A stretch of DNA of 64,000 bases, from assembly GCA_964609155.1 (NCBI GenBank), contig CAZSRF010000001.1, forward strand, positions 102,617 to 166,616, in the 5' to 3' direction. Made by a program: the position numbers and the translations under genes. The notes beneath the pieces were generated by a model, which was not told where the DNA came from, did no database searches, and saw only the letters and a list, made by a program, of their open reading frames with translations. Positions 36,460-47,167 of this stretch are shown here, in pieces. How positions within the stretch are numbered: position 1 is the stretch's first letter; each line of letters starts with the position of its first letter. Source of the stretch: an uncultured Gammaproteobacteria bacterium (GTDB lineage: Bacteria; Pseudomonadota; Gammaproteobacteria; JAGOUU01).

Positions 36460-37080
36460 TTATAATGGCTTAAACTGCAGACGCAAAAACCTATTCAAAA
36501 TGACACCATACAATGGCACAAAGCACGCTAGAGTAAAAAAGTATTTGAAACAAAATTCAACTTCGGCGATTTCAAACCAATGATCTCTTAAAACAGGATT
36601 TTCTGAGTTATAAAAAGCTAGAAAGAAAAATACCATTGTATCTACTAAATTACCTAAACCACTAGCAACTGTCGGTGCTACCCACCATTTACTATTAACA
36701 CGCAATTTCTGAAAGATCATAACATCTAGGAATTGACCCATTATATAAGCCATAAAACAGGCGAAAGAAATTCTAAATGCGGTAAAATTAAAAATTGCCA
36801 AGCTTTCTAGACCATTATATTGACCTTCACTAAGTAAAACAGACATAATATAAGAGATTAATAATCCTGGTAGCATAGCCTTGATGATAACTGCTTTGGC
36901 GTTATTCTGACCAAGTAACCTTATTGTTAAATCTGTCGTGATAAATATAAACGGGTAAGTAAAAGCACCCCAGGTCGTATGGAATCCAAAAAGCATAAAT
37001 GGATGCTGAACTAATAAATTACTAATGACAATAATAAAAATATGGACAAAAGTAAGTTTATTGATATATTTTTGTTGCAT
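36460..37080 (-). CDS. yhhQ: Queuosine-precursor transporter (YhhQ/VUT family)
   Basis: The sequence …LVQHPFMLFGFHTTWGAFTYPFIFITTDLTIR…FMAYIMGQFLDVMIFQKLR…WWVAPT… parallels the remembered E. coli YhhQ. Confidence 0.8.
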   Translation of the reverse strand: MQQKYINKLTFVHIFIIVISNLLVQHPFMLFGFHTTWGAFTYPFIFITTDLTIRLLGQNNAKAVIIKAMLPGLLISYIMSVLLSEGQYNGLESLAIFNFTAFRISFACFMAYIMGQFLDVMIFQKLRVNSKWWVAPTVASGLGNLVDTMVFFFLAFYNSENPVLRDHWFEIAEVEFCFKYFFTLACFVPLYGVILNRFLRLQFKPL

Positions 37081-37195
37081 AACTAACGAAAAATATGTGT
37101 TTGCTTAAGTGATTATAGCATATTTATTCACCCAGATATCAAAATTTGAACAATTTGTCTGCATAGCATTAGCATTTTAAAATCACTTCTACCTG

Positions 37196-38215
37196 CTATA
37201 AACGAAAAGTAATAACATCATCAATGCACTTCACTCCCAATACGGACATAAGCACCCTGTCCAAACCTAAAGCAACTCCAGAACATTCTGGTAATCCATG
37301 CGCTAATGCCTGGAGTAACCTTTCATCTTTCGCTACCTGCGGCAAACCTAACGACTTTCGTTTGTTCAAATCATTTTCAAATCTTTTGGCCTGTTCTTTG
37401 TGATCAGCGAGCTCATAAAAGCCATTAGCTAGTTCAAAGCCGTTATAATATAACTCAAATCTTTTGGCAACAGGGTCCTGACCATTGGCATCTATTCTTG
37501 CTAAAGCAGACTGAGTTACAGGAAAATCATAAATAAATGTCAACTTGTTTTTTTCTAATCTAGGTTCAATATAATGACTCATTAACATCATTAGTAAATC
37601 ATCTTTAGTATATAGCATTGCAAAGTTTGGGTCAGTGACAATATTATTAAATTGTTGATCAAATAATTCTATAAGTTTATTTTTTAAAAAATTGCTATCC
37701 ACCCTATTATGGTCAAAATTTAAATATTTTATAAACAATTCTGTATAAGTAATTCTAGTACTATTATTTTCAGTTACATTAAATATAAAGCTCAGTAACT
37801 CTGTAACTTCCGTCATTAAATTATCTACATTATAACCGATTTGGTACCATTCTAGCATTGTAAACTCTATATTATGCTGCTTTCCAATTTGTTCTGCTCT
37901 AAATGATTTACAAATTTGAAAAATTGATCCCAGACCTGAACACAATAGTCTTTTCATAGCAAACTCAGGAGAAGTCTGTAAGTACATTTTATTTGAAGTT
38001 TTATCATATGGGTTAATAACTTCAAAGCTATCTATATAGGGATCTGTGCCCGTAGATTCATTTAGAACAGGTGTCTCTACTTCTAGAACATTTCTTGATT
38101 CAAAAAATTCCCGAATTGTTTTATATAAGTGGGATCGCGCTATAACTGCTTGTTTTGTGCACAATATTCGCCAATACTCACTACTTTCAAATTGTCTAAC
38201 TTCTTGGTTTTTCAT
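37196..38215 (-). CDS. epmA: Elongation factor P-(R)-beta-lysine ligase (PoxA/GenX)
   Basis: A truncated class II LysRS-like core is present: VLEVETPVL, LQTSPEFAMKRLL, FQICKSFR, EFTMLEWY, ELANGF and CSGVALGLDR. Confidence 0.85.
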   Translation of the reverse strand: MKNQEVRQFESSEYWRILCTKQAVIARSHLYKTIREFFESRNVLEVETPVLNESTGTDPYIDSFEVINPYDKTSNKMYLQTSPEFAMKRLLCSGLGSIFQICKSFRAEQIGKQHNIEFTMLEWYQIGYNVDNLMTEVTELLSFIFNVTENNSTRITYTELFIKYLNFDHNRVDSNFLKNKLIELFDQQFNNIVTDPNFAMLYTKDDLLMMLMSHYIEPRLEKNKLTFIYDFPVTQSALARIDANGQDPVAKRFELYYNGFELANGFYELADHKEQAKRFENDLNKRKSLGLPQVAKDERLLQALAHGLPECSGVALGLDRVLMSVLGVKCIDDVITFRL

Positions 38216-38394
38216 AATTTAAGTTCTGTATAGGATTTGTACAGAGTATAATAATTTTTAATATGGTTGTATAGATTACTTATCAACTTAGTGAATTATT
38301 GAATTATCAATTTCCTCTCAGAAACCACAGGGCCTATGACTTTAATATTATTCCTGTTATGATATCAATAAGCTACATCAAGGATTGATATTGT

Positions 38395-40941
38395 ATGCCT
38401 GAATTAAACACGCACAAATGCTACAGTATACCTGCGCGATTACTAGAACCTCTAGAAATCAGCTCTCTTCCAGAAAACTGGTTGTCATTACTCATCGCTC
38501 AGATACAACCTGATGTTACAAACCAAAAACATTTACTTGATTACTATACAAGACAGATTTCACCAACATACACTCATTATTTAGAGTTAACAAAGAACCT
38601 CCAAATTATTTTTATATATGCGAATACTGCTAGTGCAAATCCTTTAATCCTAACACAAATGCCTAAAGAAACAGATGAATTACACTGTACTGCAGGATTC
38701 CATAATCGTGTTCAGTATGTCCTTCAATTGCTTCATTCTCCTATCTCATTTGATGAGCTTACTGCTTTGTATCGAAAAGATATTGTCGATCGTGCTGCAA
38801 GATCTCTTACTGATGACATTCATACTCATAATCTCTATTTTATTATAGCTAGAAATACTGGTTTTGGCGTCTTATCTATCAACGAACAAGATGCTTATTT
38901 ATATACAGACAATGAAGAAATAATCTATAACCATATATTACGATACTTTGAGTCAGAATACACCTTTTTTAAGATTCTGACTGATTGTTACCATAGAATA
39001 AAAAGTAAAGCTGAAGATTTTGGCTATTTAGGAAGCAAGTCAGACAGCGGTGGATACACATATGATGAATATAATAAAATATGTGATTTCATGAAACAAA
39101 TATTTCCAAGTTTAAATTTAACAAATTGCCTTGTTTTAACAAGTGAATCTGTGGTTATAGACATTAACTGGTTCTACATTAAACAATTGCTATTACATGA
39201 GCTAATAAAAAAAGAATATTTTATATTAAGCCCTAAAGAAACTAGTGTTCTCTTTGATTGCGAAACAGCATTAAGCAAACTCCATGCAGAAGATTCGTCC
39301 AAAGAGCTAAGACTTCATCAAATAAATGTTTATATAAATAGTTTCTTAATTAATGCCGTTGTAGATAATAATATTTTTTCTCTCTATCAAGAAATATTTT
39401 CTTATATAAAATATTTTTTTGAAGTTTCTGATCGAGAAATTTACAATAATATAGATTATCTTTCTTTAGCAACGCAAGTTAAAACGAAATATCAAATTGA
39501 TTTTTTATTGAAATATAGCTCCCCTGAATCTCACTTAGAAATAATTAATACATTAAATCAAGATGCCATTGAATTATATATACTTAATATTTATGATCTC
39601 ACTACTCTTATTGTAGATTCTAGTGATACCATCGGAGTTTCAATTATTAATAAATTTAGCAAGGCCACATTACTGTCATTCATTAATAATTATAGTGATT
39701 TTATGTATTTTATTAATACAACTTTGAGTTCTAAAAATAAAAAATATTTTTCTGATGTCTTAGTCTCAGAATTAGTGGCTGCACGCATCAATAACCTTGA
39801 AGATCTTAAATATATTATCAACCAACGCTGTAGTGACTCAACTATAGAAAAAATACTAATACTCCTTGGTTCTAAAAGATTACAGATTATAATTACAGAT
39901 TATGATTCGTTAATAATCCTAACAAAAAGACCATCTCTACTTAGAGTTTTTTTATATATTATTGATCCAATTAATTTAAAATATTATCTTGCTGACAGCC
40001 ATGCATTATATAATTTACTTATAAAAATACCTGTAGAGCAGCATAAGTCTATTATAAGTTATGTTAATATTAACGAAACTCCTATTAAATTAAAAAGTTA
40101 TCCTGATTTATCTTTTGTTTTAGAAAATTATCCTCACGATAGATGTATAGAGCTAATAAGTTCTCTTGATTGTGCAACATTAAAGATATTATTAGACCAT
40201 CATAAAAAAATATTAACTCTTTTGTCCTCTAAGACCATTCATGATAATCACAAAAAAATAATATTACAAAAATTATTTACAATTAATCCTCTGGATATAA
40301 TTTCTAATATTATTGATTTGACTAGACTTTTGGATGATCAAATTATACATTCAGATTGGAAACTTTTTTTACTAAGATTAATACCTGGCGCTGACTTAAT
40401 CAAACTCATTACCAATCATCGTGACGTTACAACAATTTTAACTTTGTTTTTCATTAATGATGAATGTAAACAATATTTATTTAATCTAATACAGCCTGAT
40501 CTTCACAAGTTTATTACTACAACAGATCAGTTAAAATACATCTTAAATGACCATCGAATAACTCTTTATCACAAGATAGCTATAATTGATTCAGTAACAG
40601 AGAATCTAACATCTTATATAGTAAATACTTTTGCTGATTTATTATCTTTATTTGCAACTTTTTTTGTGGAGGATCAATGTAAAATTAAAATACTTGAACT
40701 TTTGGCAGGTACAAAATTATCAGCTCTTATTAGTAGTCAGCCTCTACATCAAATACAAACCCTTCGAGAGTGTTTTTATAGTGACGATCAAAAAATTATC
40801 TTCGATAGCATTTGTTCAACTTTTATCAAAACTTCAACATTATTAGTAAAAAGACCTCGTGCAGAAAATACAAGCTCACCAGAAGACACAAGGACTGATG
40901 CGGCTCAAACAATTAGTTATGCTAAATTGCGCATAGGGTAA
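38395..40941 (+). CDS. Large hypothetical protein (848 aa), strongly AT-biased; Dot/Icm effector candidate
   Basis: A long uninterrupted ORF in very AT-rich DNA argues for real coding. There is no signal peptide, no TM segment and no motif I recognise. Confidence 0.6.
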   Translation: MPELNTHKCYSIPARLLEPLEISSLPENWLSLLIAQIQPDVTNQKHLLDYYTRQISPTYTHYLELTKNLQIIFIYANTASANPLILTQMPKETDELHCTAGFHNRVQYVLQLLHSPISFDELTALYRKDIVDRAARSLTDDIHTHNLYFIIARNTGFGVLSINEQDAYLYTDNEEIIYNHILRYFESEYTFFKILTDCYHRIKSKAEDFGYLGSKSDSGGYTYDEYNKICDFMKQIFPSLNLTNCLVLTSESVVIDINWFYIKQLLLHELIKKEYFILSPKETSVLFDCETALSKLHAEDSSKELRLHQINVYINSFLINAVVDNNIFSLYQEIFSYIKYFFEVSDREIYNNIDYLSLATQVKTKYQIDFLLKYSSPESHLEIINTLNQDAIELYILNIYDLTTLIVDSSDTIGVSIINKFSKATLLSFINNYSDFMYFINTTLSSKNKKYFSDVLVSELVAARINNLEDLKYIINQRCSDSTIEKILILLGSKRLQIIITDYDSLIILTKRPSLLRVFLYIIDPINLKYYLADSHALYNLLIKIPVEQHKSIISYVNINETPIKLKSYPDLSFVLENYPHDRCIELISSLDCATLKILLDHHKKILTLLSSKTIHDNHKKIILQKLFTINPLDIISNIIDLTRLLDDQIIHSDWKLFLLRLIPGADLIKLITNHRDVTTILTLFFINDECKQYLFNLIQPDLHKFITTTDQLKYILNDHRITLYHKIAIIDSVTENLTSYIVNTFADLLSLFATFFVEDQCKIKILELLAGTKLSALISSQPLHQIQTLRECFYSDDQKIIFDSICSTFIKTSTLLVKRPRAENTSSPEDTRTDAAQTISYAKLRIG

Positions 40942-40950
40942 TTTATTCTC

Positions 40951-41781
40951 TTAAAAACGTCTTGCTACAGCCCATAAAAAAATTTTTTTAACCCGAATTT
41001 TTTTCAATAATAACGCTAATGCCTGCACAGTGCTTCCTGTAGTAATAACATCATCTATAATAACTACTGATTTATAAGACGCTCTTCTGTTCAAACAAAA
41101 GGTATCCTCTAAATTATTCATTCTCTGCTTTTTATTTAAACTCATTTGAGGATCACTTGGTTTATACTTTGCTATTAAATTTGTATCTATAGGTATATTA
41201 AATTTTTTCGAGAGATACTTAGCAATCTCTATACTTTGATTAAACCCTCGACTCTTCAATTTTTTCTCATACATCGGCACCGGAACGATAACCTCAGGCA
41301 ACTCAGAGACATTTGTAAACAGATGATTACTGTGATCTAAATCATTTTGTATATATTCGTACAATAGCTCTGCTAACAATCTTCCTTTGGTTAAGTCCTC
41401 TAAATATTTAAACTGTTGAATAATTTTATCTATAGGGTGACAGTAACCAAAAGCAATTTTTATATCTGTCCAAAGAATATTAGAGCTTATATTTGTACTA
41501 TTAAACGCATGACCCATAAAATAATTATGCTCTTTGATTCCCTGACTAATACAGAGTGAGCACTGGTCAACCATAGACGGAATAGGCCAACGACAAACTT
41601 TACATTTTTTAGTTAAGCGTATTAGAAGGTTGTCACAATGAATACAGATATTCTTATGATAAATTGTAGATTTACATAATAAACATTCTCTAGGAATAGT
41701 TAAAACGTCTTTTATAATGCTCACTTGATTGTAAACTTGATCGGCTATAATAGTTGACAATTTATTAACTAGCTTTATCAT
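40951..41781 (-). CDS. comF: ComF-family phosphoribosyltransferase-domain protein
   Basis: The N-terminus carries Cys clusters (CLLCKS…CIHCDN…CKVCRW…CSLC). The C-terminal PRTase motif is VVIIDDVITTGST. Confidence 0.75.
   Translation of the reverse strand: MIKLVNKLSTIIADQVYNQVSIIKDVLTIPRECLLCKSTIYHKNICIHCDNLLIRLTKKCKVCRWPIPSMVDQCSLCISQGIKEHNYFMGHAFNSTNISSNILWTDIKIAFGYCHPIDKIIQQFKYLEDLTKGRLLAELLYEYIQNDLDHSNHLFTNVSELPEVIVPVPMYEKKLKSRGFNQSIEIAKYLSKKFNIPIDTNLIAKYKPSDPQMSLNKKQRMNNLEDTFCLNRRASYKSVVIIDDVITTGSTVQALALLLKKIRVKKIFLWAVARRF
41729..41760. promoter_or_regulatory. Candidate BirA operator (bioO-like inverted repeat) with an embedded TATAAT
   Basis: The sequence is TTGTAAACT-N14-AGTTGACAA, with 8 of 9 positions complementary. 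Its half-sites are close to the E. coli bioO half-site TTGTAAACC. The spacer contains tataat, and the site lies ~58 nt upstream of the bioB ATG. Confidence 0.45.
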
Positions 41782-41817
41782 GTCTAGAAACCCTTTAATA
41801 ATTACAGTTGAAACATT

Positions 41818-42843
41818 ATGTCATCTGAAAACTCTACACAGCCTGAGCTTCGCCACCATTGGACTGTTGAGGAGATTGAATCAATCTATACTCTACCGTT
41901 TAATGACTTGCTATTCAAGGCTCATTGTGTGCACCGTCAACATTTCGAACCCAATACTGTACAGATCAGTACACTTTTAAGCATTAAAACAGGACGTTGT
42001 CCAGAGAATTGTGCCTACTGCCCACAAAGCGCTCACTATAAAACGGGGACAGAAGCTGAAAATTTATTATCTGTAGAAAAAGTTATTGAATTCGCTAAAA
42101 TTGCTAAAGAAAAAGGAGCTACGCGGTTCTGTATGGGTGCAGCTTGGCGTAATCCTCCTAAAAAAGATTTTCCTAAAGTTATCGAGATCTTAAAAGCTAT
42201 TAAAACTCTTAACTTAGAAACTTGTATGACCTTAGGTATGTTATCAGATGAACAAGCAGCAGAGTTAAAAGCCGCTGGACTAGATTATTATAATCATAAC
42301 ATAGACACTTCCCGTGAGTATTACGAAAAAGTTATTAATACTCGTGATTTCCAAGATCGCTTAGATACCCTTGAAAGAGTTCGCAAAAATAAGATCAATG
42401 TTTGTTGTGGTGGCATTGTGGGAATGGGCGAAGGCCAAACTGATCGCTTAAAATTTTTACAAGAATTGGCTAATATGCCTTCGCATCCTGAATCTGTACC
42501 TATCAATCAATTAATTGCAATACCTGGCACCCCCCTTGCAGATAGCGAGAAAGTAGATCCCATTGAGTTTGTTAGAATCATTGCGTTGGCAAGAATCATG
42601 ATGCCTAAATCTTACGTACGTCTCTCAGCAGGTAGAAATTCTATTTCCGATGAGTGTCATGCCTTATGCTTTTTTGCCGGAGCCAACTCTATACATTATG
42701 GAGATAAACTATTTATTACCCCTCTACCAACTACTGAACATGATCAAACAATGTTTATGAAACTGGGAATTAAACCAGAAAAATGCTCCACTATACCTGA
42801 GGATACTTGCCACAGTGAAAGCTCAACCGCTTGTGCCAGTTAA
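41818..42843 (+). CDS. bioB: Biotin synthase
   Basis: The radical-SAM motif is [11 protein letters not shown]. The remainder is BioB-like along its full length (…[12 protein letters not shown]…YNHNIDTS…[10 protein letters not shown]…). Confidence 0.95.
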   Translation: MSSENSTQPELRHHWTVEEIESIYTLPFNDLLFKAHCVHRQHFEPNTVQISTLLSIKTGRCPENCAYCPQSAHYKTGTEAENLLSVEKVIEFAKIAKEKGATRFCMGAAWRNPPKKDFPKVIEILKAIKTLNLETCMTLGMLSDEQAAELKAAGLDYYNHNIDTSREYYEKVINTRDFQDRLDTLERVRKNKINVCCGGIVGMGEGQTDRLKFLQELANMPSHPESVPINQLIAIPGTPLADSEKVDPIEFVRIIALARIMMPKSYVRLSAGRNSISDECHALCFFAGANSIHYGDKLFITPLPTTEHDQTMFMKLGIKPEKCSTIPEDTCHSESSTACAS

Positions 42844-44038
42844 TCATACTTGCGCGATTACTAATCAGATTAGAGCTAAATTGGCTGAACATTACAAAAA
42901 TAATCTTTTTAGATCGCGTCTTAAATTTATTAAATCACAACAGATTAAGCAAAAAGATAAATTAAATTTTTCTAGTAATGATTATCTTGGATTTGCCAAT
43001 AATCCAGTTATTATAAAAAAAGTTCAAGAGTTATTACCTACTATTGGCACAGGTAGCGGTGCCTCTAATATTATCAGCGGCTACCACCATATTCACCAAG
43101 ACTTAGAATTATTAATAGCAGAGCTCTTACAATGTGAAAAAGTTATTTTATTCTCATCAGGATATATGGCTAATCTTGCTATTAGTGATGTTTTATTAAA
43201 ATTAGATAATAATACTATCGCTATTCATGATCACAACAACCATGCTTCTTTATTAGATGGTTCTAGACTAGCTCATTGTAAATTAACAAGATTTAACCAT
43301 AATAACTTAGACCATTTAAAAAAAATTTTACAAAAGCATAGTACTTATACAAATAAAATCATTTTTACGGAAAGTCTTTTTAGCATGGATGGTGATTTTG
43401 CTGATTTAGAAAATATTAAAACTCTGAGTGCTAATAATAATGCTGTATTAGTCGTAGATAATTCTCATGCATTTGGTCTTTATGACTCTCATCTGCAACG
43501 TCAAGCGAAACCAGAGCTTATTATGGGAACATTTGGTAAAGCCATAGGCTCAGCAGGGGCTTTTGTAGGTGGTTCAAAAATATTAATCGAAGCACTAATT
43601 CAGTTTGCAAGACCATATATCTACACTACTAGCTTGTCTCCTATAGCAGCAGCTGCAAGCTTATATGCTATAAAATTAAACCAAAGCGATACAAATTATC
43701 GTGAGCAATTATTTGATAATATTTCTTATTTTAAAAAGAAATTTCAACCTACTAAACTTAATGAATTAAACGAACTATATAAAACTACCAGTAATATTGT
43801 AAATTCAAATTATTCACTACTATCACCTATCCAGCCTATTATTCTAGGCAGTAGTTTAAACTGCATCAAAGCTTCAGAGTATCTGCTACAAAATAATATT
43901 ATTACCACAGCTATACGAGCTCCAACTGTTCCAACAAATAAAGCAAGGTTAAGAATTACCTTAAGCGCGCAACATACAAAAAACGATATAGATTTCCTAA
44001 TTCAAAAACTTATTGGATTAGAGAGTATTTTAATATAA
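42815..44038 (+). CDS. bioF: 8-amino-7-oxononanoate synthase
   Basis: It shows the alpha-oxoamine synthase pattern, including the PLP-Lys context [11 protein letters not shown]. It is positioned after bioB. Confidence 0.85.
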   Translation: MKAQPLVPVNHTCAITNQIRAKLAEHYKNNLFRSRLKFIKSQQIKQKDKLNFSSNDYLGFANNPVIIKKVQELLPTIGTGSGASNIISGYHHIHQDLELLIAELLQCEKVILFSSGYMANLAISDVLLKLDNNTIAIHDHNNHASLLDGSRLAHCKLTRFNHNNLDHLKKILQKHSTYTNKIIFTESLFSMDGDFADLENIKTLSANNNAVLVVDNSHAFGLYDSHLQRQAKPELIMGTFGKAIGSAGAFVGGSKILIEALIQFARPYIYTTSLSPIAAAASLYAIKLNQSDTNYREQLFDNISYFKKKFQPTKLNELNELYKTTSNIVNSNYSLLSPIQPIILGSSLNCIKASEYLLQNNIITTAIRAPTVPTNKARLRITLSAQHTKNDIDFLIQKLIGLESILI

Positions 44039-44046
44039 CGGCAAAT

Positions 44047-44880
44047 ATGGTTATTAGTAATACTAGATATAACTCTATATATCAAAGCCCAAATGAGTCT
44101 GATCATAATAAACCAATTTTAGTATTGCTGCATGGCTGGGGCTTTAATAGCTCTATTTGGCAGACTAATACAAATCATCTTAAAGACACGTTCCAGATTC
44201 TACCCATTGATCTAAATGGACATGGTACTGAACTCTTTAATCCTGAGTTTCATAATATAGACTTATACTTAGAATATCTTATCTCCAAGATGATTTTAAA
44301 GAATCCTGCATTTAATAATAAAGATATTAATATAAGTATCTTAGGTTGGTCGTTAGGTGGTATAATTGCTTTACATTTAAAAAATAAATTTCCTCAATAT
44401 TTTAAAAATCTTTATCTTTGTTGTAGTACACCTTGTTTTTTGAATCGTTTTATAAATAATAATATTTGGGAACACGGCGTCACCCAGGAGGTATGGGATA
44501 AATTTAGTAACGATTTACTATCAAATTATACTAAGACTATCAATACTTTTATGTTATTACAAACTGTTAATACAGATAACAGCAGCTCTAAAGACTTGTA
44601 TAGACAATTAATTAACATTATAAAAAATTCTCAACCTGCATCTATCGATGGCTTACTTTGGGGGTTAAATTTATTACAGCAAGATTATAGATATTTACTA
44701 AAATCTATCAATAATACAGATATTACATTTATTTTAGGTAAACGAGACCGCTTAGTTAACGCCTCTCTGGTTGATTGGCTTAAACAAAATCACTCTAAAA
44801 TTACTGTACATCTACTCAAAAACTCTGGGCATATGCCCTTTATTACTGAACCTGAGATTTTTTACAAAACTTTAACATGA
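44047..44880 (+). CDS. bioH: Pimeloyl-ACP methyl ester esterase
   Basis: The motifs are ILVLLHGWGFNSSIW, GWSLGG and a C-terminal …SGHMPF. It lies within the bio operon. Confidence 0.75.
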   Translation: MVISNTRYNSIYQSPNESDHNKPILVLLHGWGFNSSIWQTNTNHLKDTFQILPIDLNGHGTELFNPEFHNIDLYLEYLISKMILKNPAFNNKDINISILGWSLGGIIALHLKNKFPQYFKNLYLCCSTPCFLNRFINNNIWEHGVTQEVWDKFSNDLLSNYTKTINTFMLLQTVNTDNSSSKDLYRQLINIIKNSQPASIDGLLWGLNLLQQDYRYLLKSINNTDITFILGKRDRLVNASLVDWLKQNHSKITVHLLKNSGHMPFITEPEIFYKTLT

Positions 44881-45761
44881 CAAAATTAGTAGATTATTAC
44901 ACTCGCATTAAAAAGTCTTTTAATAATTCAGCATCAAATTATAACAAAAATGCTGCGCTTCAACATGAAGTCGGAAAAAGATTGGTTGAACAATTAGAAT
45001 ATTTTACTTTAAAACCTGATGTTGTTTTAGATATAGGCATGGGCACAGGCCATGTTACTTGGCAACTTGCAGAAAAATATCGAAATAGCTTTATTATAGG
45101 CCTAGACTTCTCAGAAGAAATGTTAAAAATAGCAAAAAATAATGATAATAATTTTGATAGATTAAACCCTATCTGCGGAGATATAAATAAATTACCTCTT
45201 GATAATAACTCCGTAGATTTAATTTTCTCAAACTTTACTCTACAATGGGCTGATAATTTACCTAAACTATTTAAAGAATGTTACAGAGTCTTGAAGAATG
45301 ATGGATTATTAATTTTTGCTCTACCTGGACCTGACACCCTATATGAGCTTAGAGAAGCATTCCAGACTGTAGATCCCATCTATGATCATGTTAATAATTT
45401 TATAGATATGCACAATATTGGTGATATGCTTGTATATAATAATTTTGCTCACCCTGTTGTTGATAATGATCATTTTACTTTAACTTATAAAAACGTCATC
45501 AGTATATTAAAAGATTTAAAATCTATAGGTGCGAATACTAAATTATCTCATAACTATCGTAGATCACTCTTTGGTAAATCGAAATTTCAAGCATTACATA
45601 GTGCTTATGAGAGATTTAAACAATCTGATAATAAGTATCCATTAACTTATGAAGTTATCTATGCCCATGCTTTTAAGCTGGCCAAACCAGTCAAAGCAAA
45701 ACACCCAGAAATTAGTGGTGTTGGTGAAGTATTTATTCCTGTTGATAAAATTATCAAATAA
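44877..45761 (+). CDS. bioC: Malonyl-ACP O-methyltransferase
   Basis: SAM-MTase motif I is VLDIGMGTG. The N-terminus (…FNNSASNYNKNAALQ) is BioC-like. It overlaps bioH by 4 nt. Confidence 0.8.
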   Translation: MTKLVDYYTRIKKSFNNSASNYNKNAALQHEVGKRLVEQLEYFTLKPDVVLDIGMGTGHVTWQLAEKYRNSFIIGLDFSEEMLKIAKNNDNNFDRLNPICGDINKLPLDNNSVDLIFSNFTLQWADNLPKLFKECYRVLKNDGLLIFALPGPDTLYELREAFQTVDPIYDHVNNFIDMHNIGDMLVYNNFAHPVVDNDHFTLTYKNVISILKDLKSIGANTKLSHNYRRSLFGKSKFQALHSAYERFKQSDNKYPLTYEVIYAHAFKLAKPVKAKHPEISGVGEVFIPVDKIIK

Positions 45762-45784
45762 TTAATCTTTATATTTATGAATAT

Positions 45785-46474
45785 ATGACTAAGACAACGA
45801 GTTTTTTTATAACAGGCACTGATACTAATATAGGAAAAACCACTGCTACTGTGGCTCTAATGAATTATCTACAAGAACATGAATTTTCTGTTCTTGGGCT
45901 TAAACCAATCGCAACGGGATGTTTTAAAAATAACAATGAACTCTATAGTGAAGATGCTTTATTATTGCAAAAAAATAGCAGGTTAAATCCCCAGTATGAA
46001 CATGTTAACCCTTTTAGATTTGAACAGCCAGTTTCACCCCATTTAGTAAATCATAATATTAACTCATCGACACTTAGTAATATTTGCTTACAAAATATTG
46101 CATTATACAATCCGGATTACTGCCTTATTGAGAGTGCTGGTGGTTGGTTATGTCCGCTAAATAATAACGAAACGTTGGCAGATTTGGCTTACCATCTTAA
46201 TATCCCTATAATTTTAGTTGTTGGTATAAAACTTGGTTGCCTAAACCACGCTATGCTATCCGTAGAGTCTATTATTAATAATAATAAGTTAAAAATATGT
46301 GGTTGGATTGCCAATTGTTTAATAGCCAGTAACGACGTATTTATCACTCAGTCTATCCGTGATAATATACTATATTTGAAAAATAAAATTTCAGCCCCAT
46401 TAATAGGGACAATAGATTACTTTAATATAAGCCACGATCCCAAGATAAATATTAATCCTAGATTAATATTATAA
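45785..46474 (+). CDS. bioD: Dethiobiotin synthetase
   Basis: The P-loop is FITGTDTNIGKT, and IESAGGW is also present. Confidence 0.85.
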   Translation: MTKTTSFFITGTDTNIGKTTATVALMNYLQEHEFSVLGLKPIATGCFKNNNELYSEDALLLQKNSRLNPQYEHVNPFRFEQPVSPHLVNHNINSSTLSNICLQNIALYNPDYCLIESAGGWLCPLNNNETLADLAYHLNIPIILVVGIKLGCLNHAMLSVESIINNNKLKICGWIANCLIASNDVFITQSIRDNILYLKNKISAPLIGTIDYFNISHDPKININPRLIL

Positions 46475-46516
46475 ATGTATTATTTTATCTGCACTAATAA
46501 TTACGAGTAATAAATC

Positions 46517-47128
46517 ATGAGGAAAAGTTTTGAAAGTATCTTAAATGGCTACCGAAGTTTTCGCCAACAATATGCGCAAGGGGATCGTTCTGTCATGCGC
46601 TATCTTTCAGAACATGGCCAACATCCTGAAGTTATGGTAGTTGCCTGTTGTGACTCTCGTGTAGATCCTGCATTAATTTTGCAATGTGCGCCTGGCGATC
46701 TCTTTGTGGTACGTAACGTAGCAAATATTGTACCACCTTACGAAAAAGATGAAGTTCATCACGGTACAAGTGCTGCATTAGAGTTCGCTGTTTGCTTTTT
46801 AAAAGTAAAACAATTAGTAATACTTGGTCATAGTGAATGTGGTGGAATTAAAAACTTACTTAGCTGCAGTCATTCAAATCCGACAGATTTTATTAACAAT
46901 TGGGTTTCTATTATTAAACCTGATAACCCCTCTCAAAATTACGAAGCTGATGAATATGCTAAATTAGCCTTACATAAATCACATCAAAATTGTTTAACTT
47001 TCCCCTGGCTTGCTCAAAAAGTAGAAGCTCAAGAATTAAATATTCATTTGTGGTATTTTGATATTAAGACTGGGCAGATATCTTTTTATTCGGCTGAGCA
47101 CAATAAATATATTCCTTTAGATATCTAA
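46517..47128 (+). CDS. Beta-class carbonic anhydrase
   Basis: The zinc-ligand motifs are CCDSRV and GHSECGG. Confidence 0.85.
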   Translation: MRKSFESILNGYRSFRQQYAQGDRSVMRYLSEHGQHPEVMVVACCDSRVDPALILQCAPGDLFVVRNVANIVPPYEKDEVHHGTSAALEFAVCFLKVKQLVILGHSECGGIKNLLSCSHSNPTDFINNWVSIIKPDNPSQNYEADEYAKLALHKSHQNCLTFPWLAQKVEAQELNIHLWYFDIKTGQISFYSAEHNKYIPLDI

Positions 47129-47167
47129 GTAACGGTAACTAACCTTTTGTTCAAACTAAGACTATCG

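Noticed and set aside
37081-37195. preQ1 riboswitch upstream of yhhQ
   Set aside because: preQ1-I elements are often found before queuosine-precursor transporters. The leader here shows only a TATAAT-like promoter. It has no short hairpin followed by an A-rich ...AAAAAACUA tail.
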